Below, one piece after another: positions 20,687-33,559 of a DNA stretch of 64,000 nucleotides. Numbering within the stretch: the stretch's first letter is position 1; each line of letters starts with the position of its first letter. The notes under the pieces were generated by a model. The model was not told the DNA's origin. It searched no databases and saw only the letters and a program-made list of their open reading frames with translations. The stretch lies in contig NW_027590163.1 in the NCBI RefSeq assembly GCF_964213995.1, positions 1 to 64,000 of the forward strand, given 5' to 3'. The stretch is from Mustelus asterias (Eukaryota). A program made the position numbers and the translations under genes.

Positions 20687-23460
20687 TCTAATCAGCCTGC
20701 AGGCTCCTGTTAAATACAGAGCAGCAGAGGAACACGCTGACAGTGTAACACTGTCTCATCAGCCTGCAGGCTCCTGTTAAATACAGAGCAGCAGAGGAAC
20801 ATGCTGACAGTGTAACACTGTCTCATCAGCCTGCAGGCTCCTGTTAAATACAGAGCAGTACAGGAACACACTGACAGTGTAACACTGTCTCATCAGCCTG
20901 CAGGCTCCTGTTAAATACAGAGCAGTACAGGAACAAACTGACAGTGTAACAGAGTCTCATCAGCCTGCAGGCTCCTGTTAAATACAGAGCAGTACAGGAA
21001 CACACTGACAGTGTAACACTGTCTCATCAGCCTGCAGGCTCCTGTTAAATACAGAGCAGCAGAGGAACACACTGACAGTGTAACACAGTCTCATCAGCCT
21101 GCAGGTTCCTGTTAAATACAGAGCAGCAGAGGAACACACTGACAGTGTAACACTGTCTCATCAGCCTGCAGGCTCCTGTTAAATACAGAGCAGCAGAGGA
21201 ACACACTGACAGTGTAACACAGTCTCATCAGCCTGCAGGTTCCTGTTAAATACAGAGCAGCAGAGGAACACACTGACAGTGTTACACTGTCTCATCAGCC
21301 TGCAGGCTCCTGTTAAATACAGAGCAGTACAGGAACACACTGACAGTGTAACACAGTCTCATCAGCCTGCAGGCTCCTGTTAAATACAGAGCAGCAGAGG
21401 AACACACTGACAGTGTAACACAGTCTCATCAGCCTGCAGGTTCCTGTTAAATACAGAGCAGCAGAGGAACACACTGACAGTGTAACACTGTCTCATCAGC
21501 CTGCAGGCTCCTGTTAAATACAGAGCAGTACAGGAACACACTGACAGTGTAACACAGTCTCATCAGCCTGCAGGTTCCTGTTAAATACAGAGCAGTACAG
21601 GAACACACTGACAGTGTAACACTGTCTCATCAGCCTGCAGGTTCCTGTTAAATACAGAGCAGCAGAGGAACACACTGACAGTGTAACACAATCTCATCAG
21701 CCTGCAGGCTCCTGTTAAATACAGAGCAGCAGAGGAACACACTGACAGTGTAACACTGTCTCATCAGCCTGCAGGCTCCTGTTAAATACAGAGCAGTACA
21801 GGAACACACTGACAGTGTAACACAGTCTCATCAGCCTGCAGGCTCCTGTTAAATACAGAGCAGTACAGGAACACACTGACAGTGTAACACTGTCTCATCA
21901 GCCTGCAGGCTCCTGTTAAATACAGAGCAGTACAGGAACACACTGACAGTGTAACACAGTCTCATCAGCCTGCAGGTTCCTGTTAAATACAGAGCAGTAC
22001 AGGAACACACTGACAGTGTAACACTGTCTCATCAGCCTGCAGGTTCCTGTTAAATACAGAGCAGCAGAGGAACACACTGACAGTGTAACACTGTCTCATC
22101 AGCCTGCAGGCTCCTGTTAAATACAGAGCAGCAGAGGAACACACTGACAGTGTAACACAATCTCATCAGCCTGCAGGCTCCTGTTAAATACAGAGCAGTA
22201 CAGGAACACACTGACAGTGAACACTGTCTCATCAGCCTGCAGGCTCCTGTTAAATACAGAGCAGTGCAGGAACACACTGACAGTGTAACACAATCTCATC
22301 AGCCTGCAGGCTCCTGTTAAATACAGAGCAGTACAGGAACACACTGACAGTGTAACACTGTCTCATCAGCCTGCAGGTTCCTGTTAAATACAGAGCTGTA
22401 CAGGAACACACTGACAGTGTAACACTGTCTCATCAGCCTGCAGGTTCCTGTTAAATACAGAGCTGTACAGGAACACACTGACAGTGTAACACTGTCTCAT
22501 CAGCCTGCAGGCTCCTGTTAAATACAGAGCTGTACAGGAACACACTGACAGTGAACACTGTCTCATCAGCCTGCAGGCTCCTGTTAAATACAGAGCAGTA
22601 CAGGAACACACTGACAGTGTAACACAATCTCATCAGCCTGCAGGCTCCTGTTAAATACAGAGCAGTACAGGAACACACTGACAGTGTAACACTGTCTCAT
22701 CAGCCTGCAGGTTCCTGTTAAATACAGAGCTGTACAGGAACACACTGACAGTGTAACACAATCTCATCAGCCTGCAGGCTCCTGTTAAATACAGAGCAGT
22801 GCAGGAACACACTGACAGTGTAACACAATCTCATCAGCCTGCAGGCTCCTGTTAAATACAGAGCAGTACAGGAACACACTGACAGTGTAACACTGTCTCA
22901 TCAGCCTGCAGGCTCCTGTTAAATACAGAGCAGCAGAGGAACACACTGACAGTGTAACACAGTCTCATCAGCCTGCAGGTTCCTGTTAAATACAGAGCAG
23001 CAGAGGAACACACTGACAGTGTAACACTGTCTCATCAGCCTGCAGGCTCCTGTTAAATACAGAGCAGTACAGGAACACACTGACAGTGTAACACAATCTC
23101 ATCAGCCTGCAGGCTCCTGTTAAATACAGAGCAGTGCAGGAACACACTGACAGTGTAACACAATCTCATCAGCCTGCAGGCTCCTGTTAAATACAGAGCA
23201 GCAGAGGAACACACTGACAGTGTTACACTGTCTCATCAGCCTGCAGGCTCCTGTTAAATACAGAGCAGCAGAGGAACACACTGACAGTGTAACACAGTCT
23301 CATCAGCCTGCAGGTTCCTGTTAAATACAGAGCAGCAGAGGAACACACTGACAGTGTAACACAGTCTCATCAGCCTGCAGGCTCCTGTTAAATACAGAGC
23401 AGCAGAGGAACACACTGACAGTGTTACACTGTCTCATCAGCCTGCAGGCTCCTGTTAAAT
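20687..23460. repeat. 67-bp tandem repeat array, ~41 copies
   Basis: Unit TCTCATCAGCCTGCAGGCTCCTGTTAAATACAGAGCAGCAGAGGAACACACTGACAGTGTAACACTG; variation limited to a few fixed positions. Confidence 0.98.
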
Positions 23461-24059
23461 TTGCTGAGACGATTTCAATTTAAACCAGGTTTGCAGGCAT
23501 CATGTTCCATTCACACATCAAAGAAGAGAGAGATGTTTTGGGACAGGGGTGAAGTCCAAGAGTCAGAAACAACAAGCAGATTTGGTTTTTGCTTTATTGA
23601 TCACAGGACTGTGACCGATAACTTCCCTGGATCCCAGCGCCAGGAGAGACACTCTGGAAAATATGGGGAGCTGAGAATTGTCCATGAGAATAACCGAAGG
23701 CGTGAGAACTGAAATAATCTAGAGTTCGAAATGATAAAAGGCCCCAAAATGAAGCTGGTAGCAGGACATCAATTAGTCTCCTCTTCCATTGGAGAAATAT
23801 TAACACAGCACTGCGCATTTCCATAAAAACTGACTTAGTGACATTTATCTAGAATATCAATAACTCCTATAACAGGGTTGGAGTTTAACATGAGCAGAAA
23901 CACACAATGGAAGTGATTGACAGAATCCCACCCTTGCACAAAAACTTACTGATGTCTCAATAGGTGTTGTGACTGAATAAGTCCCTTCCCACAGACAGAG
24001 CAGGTGAGCATCCACTCTTCAACACAAATGCATTGGTGTGTCTGCAACTCACTCGTCTC

Positions 24060-24593
24060 TCATTCGTAATGTTTAAAAAGTAATTTTTCAGTGTGAACAT
24101 GTTGATGCAAACTGAGAGTGTCTAACCGAGTGAATTCCTTCCCACACTTGGAGCAAGGGAACGGCCTCTCCCCAGTGTGAACTCGCAGATGCCTCCGCAG
24201 GGTGGATGACTGAATGAATCCTTTCCCACACACTGAGCAGGTGAACGGCCTTTTTCCTGTGTGAGTCTGCTGGTGTCTCATCAGGGTGGTTGGCTGAGTG
24301 AATCCCTTCCCACACACAGAACAGATGAACGGCCTCTTTCCAGTGTGAATGTGTTGGTGTTGTTTCAAGTGCTTTTTGCTCTTAAAGCCCTTCTCACAGT
24401 TGGAACATTTTAAATGTCTCTTATTGGAATGAGAGCGTTGGTGTGACTGCAGGTGTTGTGACTGAACAAAACCTTTTCCACACACACAGCAGATGAACGG
24501 TCTCTCTCCTGTGTGACTGCGACGATGAGTTTCGAGATGGGAAGGATAATTGAATCCCTTCCCACAGTCCTCACATTTCCATGGTTTCTCCAT
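24060..24593 (-). CDS. C2H2 zinc-finger protein, 6 fingers
   Basis: 177-aa ORF starting MEKPWKCEDCGKGF. Decayed fingers continue past the stop; AATAAA at 23598-23593. Confidence 0.88.
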   Translation of the reverse strand: MEKPWKCEDCGKGFNYPSHLETHRRSHTGERPFICCVCGKGFVQSQHLQSHQRSHSNKRHLKCSNCEKGFKSKKHLKQHQHIHTGKRPFICSVCGKGFTQPTTLMRHQQTHTGKRPFTCSVCGKGFIQSSTLRRHLRVHTGERPFPCSKCGKEFTRLDTLSLHQHVHTEKLLFKHYE

Positions 24594-25439
24594 AGTGCCA
24601 GTGTCCTTGTGTCTCTCCAGGTTGGATGATCAGTTGAAGTCTTGTCCACACACACAACATATGTACAGTTTCTCCCAGCTGTGAATGGTGTGATGTTTCT
24701 TCAGGCTGTGTAACTGGTTTAAGCTTTTTCCAGTCAGTTCACTGGAACACTCTCACTTGGGTGTGTGTGTCTCAGTGCTTTTCCAGTCACACTGATGTTT
24801 GAAATCTTCTCCTCCAGGCAGAACAGACAAATATTTCTCCTTCCACGTTCAAAGTCTCAGGATATTCAGGTCCAAATAAGTCGATACTCAATCTGATTTT
24901 TATGTGATGTTTCCTCACCTCACCTGTAAAAGGAGTTAACAAAAATCGTCACGGTCAATCGAGATAGAAATTCAGTCCAAAGATGTGCGAGTTAGGTTGA
25001 TTGGCCATGCTAAAAAGAAAATTGCCTCTCTTGTTCCCCCAAATCAGTAAATCCCTGTACCACACACTCTCCCTCCTCCCTGGGCTGAAATCCAAACCCA
25101 TCTCACCATTTCTTTCCTCCACTCCCAGTTTTCTCCCTCCCTCTCCTCTGTCTGGGTTCAGTTCTCCAGCTCCTGTCTGCAGACTGACAATAAAACCAAT
25201 GGGTCTTATTGGGGGTGTTGGGGCCTCCAGCGGGTGTTTGTGAATCCTCCCCGCCCACCTCCCAGGGTTTCCTTCCTTCCCAGAGATCAGAGTCCTCATT
25301 GATTTGAGGCCAAAGTGTAACCTCTTATTTATTGTCCCCCTCCCCCATCCTCTGATGTGAACGATCCTCCAGTGGCTGAGCCAGGATGGGGCCGTTAACC
25401 TGGGCCTGTTCCCGGGAGGGAGGGAGGGAGAAGCCCCGC

Positions 25440-26170
25440 AGCTGCAAACCAGGGAGCTGACAATGATTCTGAAGGGTTTGCGGATCCACAAAGTGTTTCC
25501 AAATCCTCCCAGCCACCGCCTAACGCTGACTCCGCTTCTCCGGGACAAACAAGCGCCAAGGCCAGCAATGACACTGCGCATGCTCCACATCACAATGCCC
25601 GGGCACTGATTGACGGCCGCTCCGGACCAATAGGAATAGGGGGCGGGGCTGGAGGACCGAGCGGGAGCGGTTGGTCCTCCATCCAATCGGACTGAATGAG
25701 GGGCGGGGCTGAGGTGTCCCCATGGAACGCACGGGAAGGGGTTCGCATGCGCAGTAATGTTACAGTCTGGAGCATGCGCAGGAAGCAACGGCGTTTGCAG
25801 CACGCAGTGTGGGTGATCGCAATCGGAGAGAAGTTCCTCTGTCTCATCAGCAGCCGGTAAGGATGCGGAAACATAGAGGGAGCAATGGAACCGGCGGATG
25901 GACGTAGAGGGTTTCTAAATACCTGGTCAAGGCCCCAAATCTCGAAAATGAGCCCGTCGGTCTGTGTTTGCAGCTTCCGGTCTTTTTCCCGAGACGAGAC
26001 TCAGGTTAACGGCCGCCATCTTGATTCAGCAGGGAGGAGAGCGCATGCTCTCGGTGACGCAACATCGAGTGGGCGGGGCTTCATGTTTCTGCTTCCCCCT
26101 CCAGGTCCGAGCTCCCGGTTCGATAGCACAACGTGCAATAGGTTTTTAAACAGCTTCACCCACCCTCAGG
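25440..26170. promoter_or_regulatory. CpG island, probable bidirectional promoter for the divergent ZNF genes
   Basis: Several GCGCATGC (NRF1-like) sites, two GGGGCGGGGC boxes, CCAAT at 25627 and 25683, ETS-like CTTCCGG, YY1 GCCGCCATCTTG near 26012. Lies between the minus ZNF (24.6 kb) and the plus ZNF (28.7 kb). Confidence 0.7.
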
Positions 26171-26599
26171 CTGCAGCTGCTGTTTGCAGCCTCGATGAGT
26201 CCATGGGCCATGTACATATTCAGTGTGAGGTTGCAAACTCTGTATAGTTACCTAAAGCGGTTACACAGCTTTTGGTTACACTTCAGCCCCAGGCTCCTCA
26301 TGTTTACATAGAAACATACATAGAAAATAGAAGCTGGGAGTCGACCGTTCGGCCCTTCGAGCATGCGCCGCCATTCATTATTGGCATGGCTGATTATCAA
26401 ATTCAATACCCTGATCCCTGTCGCCCCAAGAGATTTATCTAATTGAAATCAGACTCTACCTCCACTTTTGAAGAACGTGAATTCAAAGATTCATGACCCT
26501 CTGAGAGAAAAACATCTCATCTCTGTTTTCAATGGGCAATGCTGTTTTTTAAAACAGCGACTCCCTCGATTCTCCCCTGAGAGGAAACATCCTCTCCAG

Positions 26600-27045
26600 A
26601 TCCAAAACAGAAAATGCTGGAAAGTCTCAGCAGGTCAGGCAGCACCTTTTCTCCCCCTTTGCTTCTCCTTTCCCCCTTTTTCTCAATTTTACCTCCCTCC
26701 AATCCACTCCCCCCCCCCCCCCCCCCCCCCCTGCCATCTTCATCCATCACAACTTCTTCAGCTTCTCTGCTGTTTGGCCATTCACACTTCTATACTCTCT
26801 ATGGACTGCCATTAGCATCCTTTCCCCTGGTTCCTGTGGCTTGGACCCATCTTTCATTCCCTCAGTGTAAATATCTCCCACTTTCTATGCCTTTTTAATG
26901 CTTTGACGAAAGGTCATCTGGACTCGAAGCTTCAGCTCTTTTCTCTCCTCACAGATGCTGCCAGATCTGCTGAGATTTTCCAGCATTTTCTCTTTTGGTT
27001 TCAGATTCCAGCATCCGCAGTAATTTGCTTTTACCTTTCTCTCCA
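26600..27045 (+). mobile_element. Second Penelope-derived repeat family with inverted terminal segment
   Basis: 26604-26645 is the reverse complement of 26954-27000. Related copies at 17331-17362, 58361-58540 and 62255-62400 carry a hammerhead-like TTGACGA..GGTCATCTGGACTC-GAAAC motif. Confidence 0.55.
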
Positions 27046-27848
27046 TATCCACCCTGTCAAGAGTTTTCAGAATCTTGAAGGTTTAAATTAAGTTGCCTCT
27101 TACTCTTTTGAAGTCGAGCAGAAGCTAAACTCAAGCAGAGCCTGTCTCACTGCTCCTCATCTGACAATCCACCTATTCCAGGTATTAGTCTACTAAACCT
27201 TCCATGAACTGCTTCTCATAAAGCAGTTAAGGAATAATATGCACTCATATTCTTTCTTAAATAAGGAAACCAATAATGTACACACTGCTCCAGATATGTC
27301 TAACCAATGCCCTGTGCAACTGAAACATAACTTCCCTGCTTTTACTCAATTCCCCTCATAATAAATAATAGCTTTCTGAATTACTTGTACCTGAGACAAT
27401 CTTGCGATTTTCTATCGTGATGGATTTTGGATACTTTTTCTTAAACAGGGGGTTAGAAGGGGAGGATTTACACACAACAAGCTCAAACTAAGAGAAAAAT
27501 GTTGTCTCTTCTGATATAGGCTTTCTGAATGGGATAAGTAGGTAGATGTGAATGGACTTGTTGGTGTTTCTAATACTGGGAACCATGAACAGACAACAGA
27601 GACGAATAAATCAACAGGAGGAGATATTTATTTCTTCGGACAGTTGTTAGAATATGGAACTCACTGCGACTGGAAGTGGTTGAGACAACTACTTTAGATG
27701 CTTTAAAAAGGAAACCAGATGAGAACATGAGAGAAAAAGGATTAAAAAGTTGAGCTGAAAAGCTGAGTTAAGGTGAGCAGAATGAGAGGAGATTTGTGTG
27801 GATTAGAAATTCCAGTACAGATCAGGGCAGGGGTGGGAGGGTGGTGGC

Positions 27849-28190
27849 GGAGGCAGTGGCACAGTGGAACTATCACTGGACTAGCAATCCAGAGACCCAG
27901 GATAATGTTCTGGGGACCTAGGTTCGAATCCCACCACAGCAGATGGTGAAATTTAAATTCAATTAAAAGTCTGATGATGACCATGAAACCATTGTTGATT
28001 GTCGTAAAAACCCATCTGGTTCACTGATGTCCTTTAAGGATGGAAATCTGCTGGCCTTAACTGGTCTGGCCTACATGTAACCACAGCAATGTGGTTGACT
28101 CTCAAAAGCCCTGTGAAATGGAGGGCAGTTGGGGATGGGCAATAAATGCTGTCCCAGTCGGTGACGCCCACACCCCGTTAAAAATGAATT
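27849..28190 (+). mobile_element. DeuSINE (SacSINE1-like)
   Basis: GGAGGCAGTGGCACAGTGG..GGTTCGAATCCCACC..CCACAGCAATGTGGTTGACTCT. Confidence 0.75.
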
Positions 28191-28234
28191 TAAAAAATAG
28201 ACTGGCCTGTTTGTGTATTGTGTATCTCATGTAT

Positions 28235-28525
28235 TCATAGAATCCCTACAGTGCAGAAGGAGGCCTTTCAGACCACCCCACCCAGGCTATTCCCGTAACC
28301 CCACATATTTACCCCGCTAATCTCCCGAACCTACACATCTTGGGACAGAAAGGGGCAACCACCTAACCTGAACATCTTTGGAGAGTGGGAGGGAACTGGA
28401 GCACCCGGAGGAAACCCACACAGACACAAGGAGAATGCGCAAACTCCATACAGACAGGTAACCAAGGCTACAATCGAACCCATGTCCCTGGTGCTGAGAG
28501 GCAGGAGTACTAACCACTGTGCCAT
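28235..28525 (-). mobile_element. HE1/V-SINE, diverged
   Basis: V-SINE core and tRNA head on the minus strand. Confidence 0.8.
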
Positions 28526-28673
28526 CCATGTAATTCTTTGTAAACTTATTTTACAGGAAATTGAAGAGAAGGATCTGCAGTCTGGATGATCGAATCTCAC
28601 GTCAGACAGAGTCAATCGGTTCATCGGGATCTGAAAATTTGTGCATCTGAAGGGATTTAATTGACCATCTCAG

Positions 28674-30617
28674 TTGGAAACTGGTGAGAATCTGTTTCCT
28701 TGCTCCTCCTGTGGGAAGGGATTGATACAGCTGGAAAACATGCTGACACGACAGCGAACTCGCAATAGTGAGAGTTCATTCACCTGCTCCGTGTGTGGGA
28801 AGAAATTCATGTGTTCGTCCAACCTGCTGGCTCACCAACTCGATCACATTATTCAGAAGCCTCTTCAAAGCTCTGACTCTGGGGAAAGCATTGAAACCTC
28901 TGAGGAACAGGCCCAACACCAGCTCCTTCACACTGACGAGAGACCGTTCAGCTGCTCCCACTGCGGGAAGAGGTTCAGCCAGTCCTCCTGCCTTGCAGAG
29001 CACCAGCTCCTTCACACACACGAGAGACCGTTCAGCTGCTCCCACTGCGGGGAGTCGTTCAGCAACTCAGTGCATCTCACTGAGCATCAACCAGTTCATA
29101 CCAAGGACAGGCCATTCAGCTGCTCCCAGTGTGGGAAGAGATTCACTCAGTCCTCCCACTGCACCGTTCACCAACTGGTTCATTCTCAGAAGAGACATTT
29201 TAAATGCTTTAAATGTGAGAAGACCTTCAAAAGAAGGATTAGTCTGCTGAGACACCAGGACACTCACACCGGGGAGAGGCCGTACCCCTGTTCTGTTTGT
29301 GGGAAGAGATTCGCTCATTCATCTCATCTTCTGACACACAAGCGAGTTCACACTGGGGAGAGGCCTTTCCTCTGCTCCCTGTGTGGGAAGAGATTCACTC
29401 GATTTTCACACCTTTTGACACACAAGAGTATTCACACTGGAGGGAAACCATTCACCTCCTCAATGTGTAGAAAGGAAGAAGTTCAATCAACTGACCAGCT
29501 GACACACCAGCGAGTTCACACTGGGGAGAAGCTGTTCACCTGCTCGGTGTGTGGGAAGGAATTCACTCGGTCTTACTATCTTCTGAGGCACCGGCGAGTT
29601 CACACTGGGGAGAGGCCATTCCTCTGCTCCGTGTGTGGGAAGATGTTTCCTCATTCATCCCAGCTTGTGATACACGAGCGTGTTCACACAGGGGAGAGGC
29701 CTTACGTTTGCCCTGTGTGCGGGAAAGCATTTGCTTCTTTACAACACCTGCTGAAACATCGGCCTGTTCACACCGGGGAGAAGCCATTCTCTTGCTCCAT
29801 TTGTGGCAAGAGATTCACTCAGTCATCTGACCTGCTGAGACACCAATACATTCACACAGGGGACAGGCCGTTCACCTGCTCTGTGTGTGGGAAGGGATTC
29901 ATTGATTCATCCCGCCTGCAGACACACCAGCGAGTTCACACTGGGGAGAAGCCGTTCACCTGCTCTGTGTGTGGGAAGGGATACACTCAGGTATCCAGCC
30001 TGCAGAGACACCAGCGAGTTCACACTGCGACAGAACCATTCACCTGCTCTCAGTGTGGGAAGGGATTCACTGATCCATCCCACCTGCAGACACACCAGCG
30101 AGTTCACACCGGGGAGAAGCCGTTCACCTGCTCTGTGTGTGGGAAGGGATACACTCAGGTATCCAACCTGCAGAGACACCAGCGAGTTCACACCGGGGAG
30201 AGGCCGTTCCTGTGCTCTGTGTGTGGAAAGGGATTCGCTCAGTCGTCTGGCCTGCTGAGACACCAACGCATTCACACCGGGGAGAAGCTGTTCACCTGCT
30301 CTGTGTGTGGGAAGGGATTCACTGATTCATCCTATATGCAGAGACACCAGCGAGCTCACACTGCGACAGAACCATTCACCTGCTCCCTGTGTGGGAAGGG
30401 ATTCACTGATCCATCCCGCCTGCAGAGACACCAGCGAGTTCACACTGGGACAGAACCGTTCACCTGCTCCCTGTGTGGGAAGGGATTCACTGATCCATCC
30501 CGCCTGCAGAGACACCAGCGAGTTCACACTGGGGCAAAACCTTTCAACTGCTCCATGTGTGGGAAGGGATTTAATCAGTATTACAGCCTGCTGAAACATA
30601 GACGACTTCATGTGTGA
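28674..30617 (+). CDS. C2H2 zinc-finger protein, ~20 intact fingers
   Basis: 647-codon open frame; first ATG at 28740; acceptor TTTTACAG near 28557. Confidence 0.92.
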   Translation: METGENLFPCSSCGKGLIQLENMLTRQRTRNSESSFTCSVCGKKFMCSSNLLAHQLDHIIQKPLQSSDSGESIETSEEQAQHQLLHTDERPFSCSHCGKRFSQSSCLAEHQLLHTHERPFSCSHCGESFSNSVHLTEHQPVHTKDRPFSCSQCGKRFTQSSHCTVHQLVHSQKRHFKCFKCEKTFKRRISLLRHQDTHTGERPYPCSVCGKRFAHSSHLLTHKRVHTGERPFLCSLCGKRFTRFSHLLTHKSIHTGGKPFTSSMCRKEEVQSTDQLTHQRVHTGEKLFTCSVCGKEFTRSYYLLRHRRVHTGERPFLCSVCGKMFPHSSQLVIHERVHTGERPYVCPVCGKAFASLQHLLKHRPVHTGEKPFSCSICGKRFTQSSDLLRHQYIHTGDRPFTCSVCGKGFIDSSRLQTHQRVHTGEKPFTCSVCGKGYTQVSSLQRHQRVHTATEPFTCSQCGKGFTDPSHLQTHQRVHTGEKPFTCSVCGKGYTQVSNLQRHQRVHTGERPFLCSVCGKGFAQSSGLLRHQRIHTGEKLFTCSVCGKGFTDSSYMQRHQRAHTATEPFTCSLCGKGFTDPSRLQRHQRVHTGTEPFTCSLCGKGFTDPSRLQRHQRVHTGAKPFNCSMCGKGFNQYYSLLKHRRLHV

Positions 30618-30682
30618 CTGGCAAAGTTGGATTCTGTTGTTTCTGCGCCCTGAGATAAACAGTAACAATTGGATCAATAGTT

Positions 30683-31030
30683 GAGGCAGTGGCACAGTGG
30701 AATTATCACTGGACTCAGGGTAAGGCTCTGGGGACCCAGGTTCGAATCCCACCACAGGCAATGGTGAAATTTGAATTCAATTAAAATCTCGAATTAAAAG
30801 TCTAATGACAAACCTTAACCATTGTTGATCGTCGTCAAAACCACTCTGGTTCAGTCATGTCCTTTAAGAAAGGAAACCTGCTGTCCTTACCTGGTCTGGC
30901 CTACATGTGACTCCAGACCCACAGCAATGTGGTTGACTCTCAATGCCTTCTGAAATGGAGGGCAGTTAGAGATGGGCAAGAAATGCTGGCCCAGCCAGTG
31001 ACGTCTATATCCAGTAAAAATGAATTTTTA
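30683..31030 (+). mobile_element. DeuSINE (SacSINE1-like)
   Basis: Paralog of 27849-28190. Confidence 0.75.
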
Positions 31031-31159
31031 AAAAGTTCCTCAGGATCTCAGTAACCTCCTCCAGTCCCACAACACTCTGTGTAAATACAAGTTGTTGCTG
31101 ATTATGCCCTGAGATAGAGAATGTGAACCCGATTCCCCTCGTCCACCAACACAGCAACT

Positions 31160-31960
31160 TCTTCACAAAAATTGAAGCACATGGGATTGGGGCGAATGTA
31201 TTGAGATTGAAAACTTGTTGGCAGACAGGAAATAGAGTAAGAGTAAACAGGTCTTTTTCCAACTGGCAGGCAGTGATTATTGTGGTAATGCAGGATCAGT
31301 GCTGAGACCCCAGCTAGTCACCTGCCATGGGTCTGCTGTTTTATTCCCCCTGTTTATTATGCATAATTTCTAAATTGCTGCTTCTTCATATTCTGATTTA
31401 AAACCATGGATAAGCTCAAACCACTTTTGGATAACCTGTGACTCCCTGATCAAGAATCTTACCGACCACTGCATGCCATTCTGGTCACCGTATTATAAAA
31501 AAGATATTTCGGCACTGGAGAAGGGTACAGAGATGATTTTTAATGATGATACCAGAAATGTAGAAAGCAGCTCACCATCACCTTCTCAAGGTCAATCAGG
31601 GGTTAGCAATAAATGCTGGCCAAGCGCGCGATGTCCACATCCCATAAATGATTTTTAAACTGTGTGTTTGGTTATCCATCAGGAAAGGATTGACACGCTC
31701 ACGCTTTCTTGAAAAATTAAGGCTGAGGAGTAACCTAATAGAGGGCTTCAAAATTATAAAAGGTTTTGAAAGAATGTTTCCTCTTGTGCAGAAGGGCAAA
31801 ACTGGAGACCATCAATACAAGACAGTCGCCAAGAAACCCAATAGGAAATCCAAGATAAATTTCTCCACCCAAAGAATGGTGAGAATATGGAAATCATGAC
31901 CACAGGGAGTGAAATGAACAGTATCGATGTCTTTCAGGGGAAGCTCAACAAATATTTGTG
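31160..31960 (+). mobile_element. Old CR1 LINE fragments
   Basis: Decayed RT/C-terminal peptides KIEAHGIG, FWSPYYKKDISALEK and RLRSNLIEGFKIIKGF. Confidence 0.7.
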
Positions 31961-32556
31961 TGTGAATTTATAATTCATTCAGGATTTATTTCAAAAAAAC
32001 TAAGAACAATAAGGTGACAGGAGATATTTTGAGGCATCTGAGAGTCTGTGTGTGTGTGTGAGGGTGTCTGTGAGTGTGTGTGTTACTTCTCATTGGTTCA
32101 CACCAACCTTCCTCTTTCTGAGCAGACATTCTGGCCCCTGATAAACCCATTGAGTGATTTGAATGGTACAATTCAGAGATTCTTCATCCAGGGTGAAACC
32201 ACAGGCTGACTGTGTGCTGTGTAAAACCAGACACCTACACAACCTAATCCCACTTCTCCTGGAACAACGTGAAGTGACTACAATTTTCCAGATTGATTTC
32301 TTTGCTCTCAATATTCTTTCAGATAGTTCATAAATTCCATGAGTACGTTATCCTTTAACACACCTATGGTGTCCAGTTTAAATACTTTCCTCAATCTGAC
32401 CAACATATAGCAATGGGATTGCTGCTATTACAGGGATCCATTCTGTAAATCTGATTCCTGGCTCTCTGGAGTAATGCATTGATCCAGACCTTCCCACTCA
32501 ACACCAATCCATATCCCCATCTGAGTTCCAGATTTTAATATGATTTCTCAAAACAC

Positions 32557-33270
32557 AGGCAGCAAAGTGGCACAGTGATCAGCAGTGCCAGGGACCAGAG
32601 TTCAATTCTGGCCTCAGGTGTTACAAGGAAGCTTACATTAACACTGCAATGAAGTTACTGTGAAAATCCCCTAGTCGTCACGCTTGGCGCCTGTTCAGGT
32701 GCACTGAAGGAGAATTTAGCACAGCCAATGCAGCTAAGCAGCATGTCTTTCGGACTGTGGGAGGAAACCCATGCAGCTACAGAGAGAACGTGCAAACTCC
32801 ACACAGTCACCCAAGACTGGAATTGAACCGGATCCCTGGCACTCTGAGGTAGCATTGCTAACCACTGTGCCACAGCTCTCTGTGTGGAGTTTGCACGTTC
32901 TCCCTGTGTCTGCATGAGTTTGCTCAGAGTGCTCCAATTTCATCCCACACTCCAAAGATGTGCAGGTTAGGTGGATTGGCCATGGCAAATTGCCTCTTAG
33001 TGTATGGGTTGGGGGAATTAATGAGGTAAATACATGTCACACAAAATCCTTCTTCATCTCAAACTATAAATCTCTGTCCCCACAGACTTCCTCCTTCCTA
33101 AAGTAAAGTTTATTTATAAGTCACAAGTAAGGCTTACATTAACACTGCAATGAAGTTACTGTGAAATTCCCCTAATTGCCACCATCCGGCACCTGTTCGG
33201 GTCAATGCACCTAATCAGCATGTCTTTCAGACTGTGGGAGGAAACTGGAGCACGTGGAGGAACCTCATGC
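32557..33270. mobile_element. Nested V-SINE fragments
   Basis: A minus copy (32625-32875) is inserted into a plus copy; a further minus tail lies at 33100-33270. Confidence 0.7.
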
Positions 33271-33559
33271 AGGCCTATTGATACGATTGATTGTAACACT
33301 ATCCTCCACTTTCTTTTTCCCCAGTTCTCCTCCCCTGAAGGTGCTGACTCTCGGGATCAGTTTCACACTCACCTGCTGTCTTCCCCAATGTCACCCAAGT
33401 GTCTAAATCTTTCCACCTGAAGTTAACAAACTGTTTTGTAAAGGGGACATCCCAATCCAATCCAGTGACTCCCCACATGTACTTTGTGTCAGGGTGGGGT
33501 CATTGCGCCCCCCACTCCCACTTTCCATCACAGTCCCAGGAGTTTAGAGACTGGGCTCC

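Noticed and set aside
20687-23460. CRISPR array or coding repeat
   Set aside because: Units are contiguous with no unique spacers, the context is eukaryotic, and the short minus-strand ORFs arise only from 1-nt deletion variants.
24955-25803. 282-aa minus-strand ORF
   Set aside because: Runs through a GC-rich promoter and intron; no recognisable domain.
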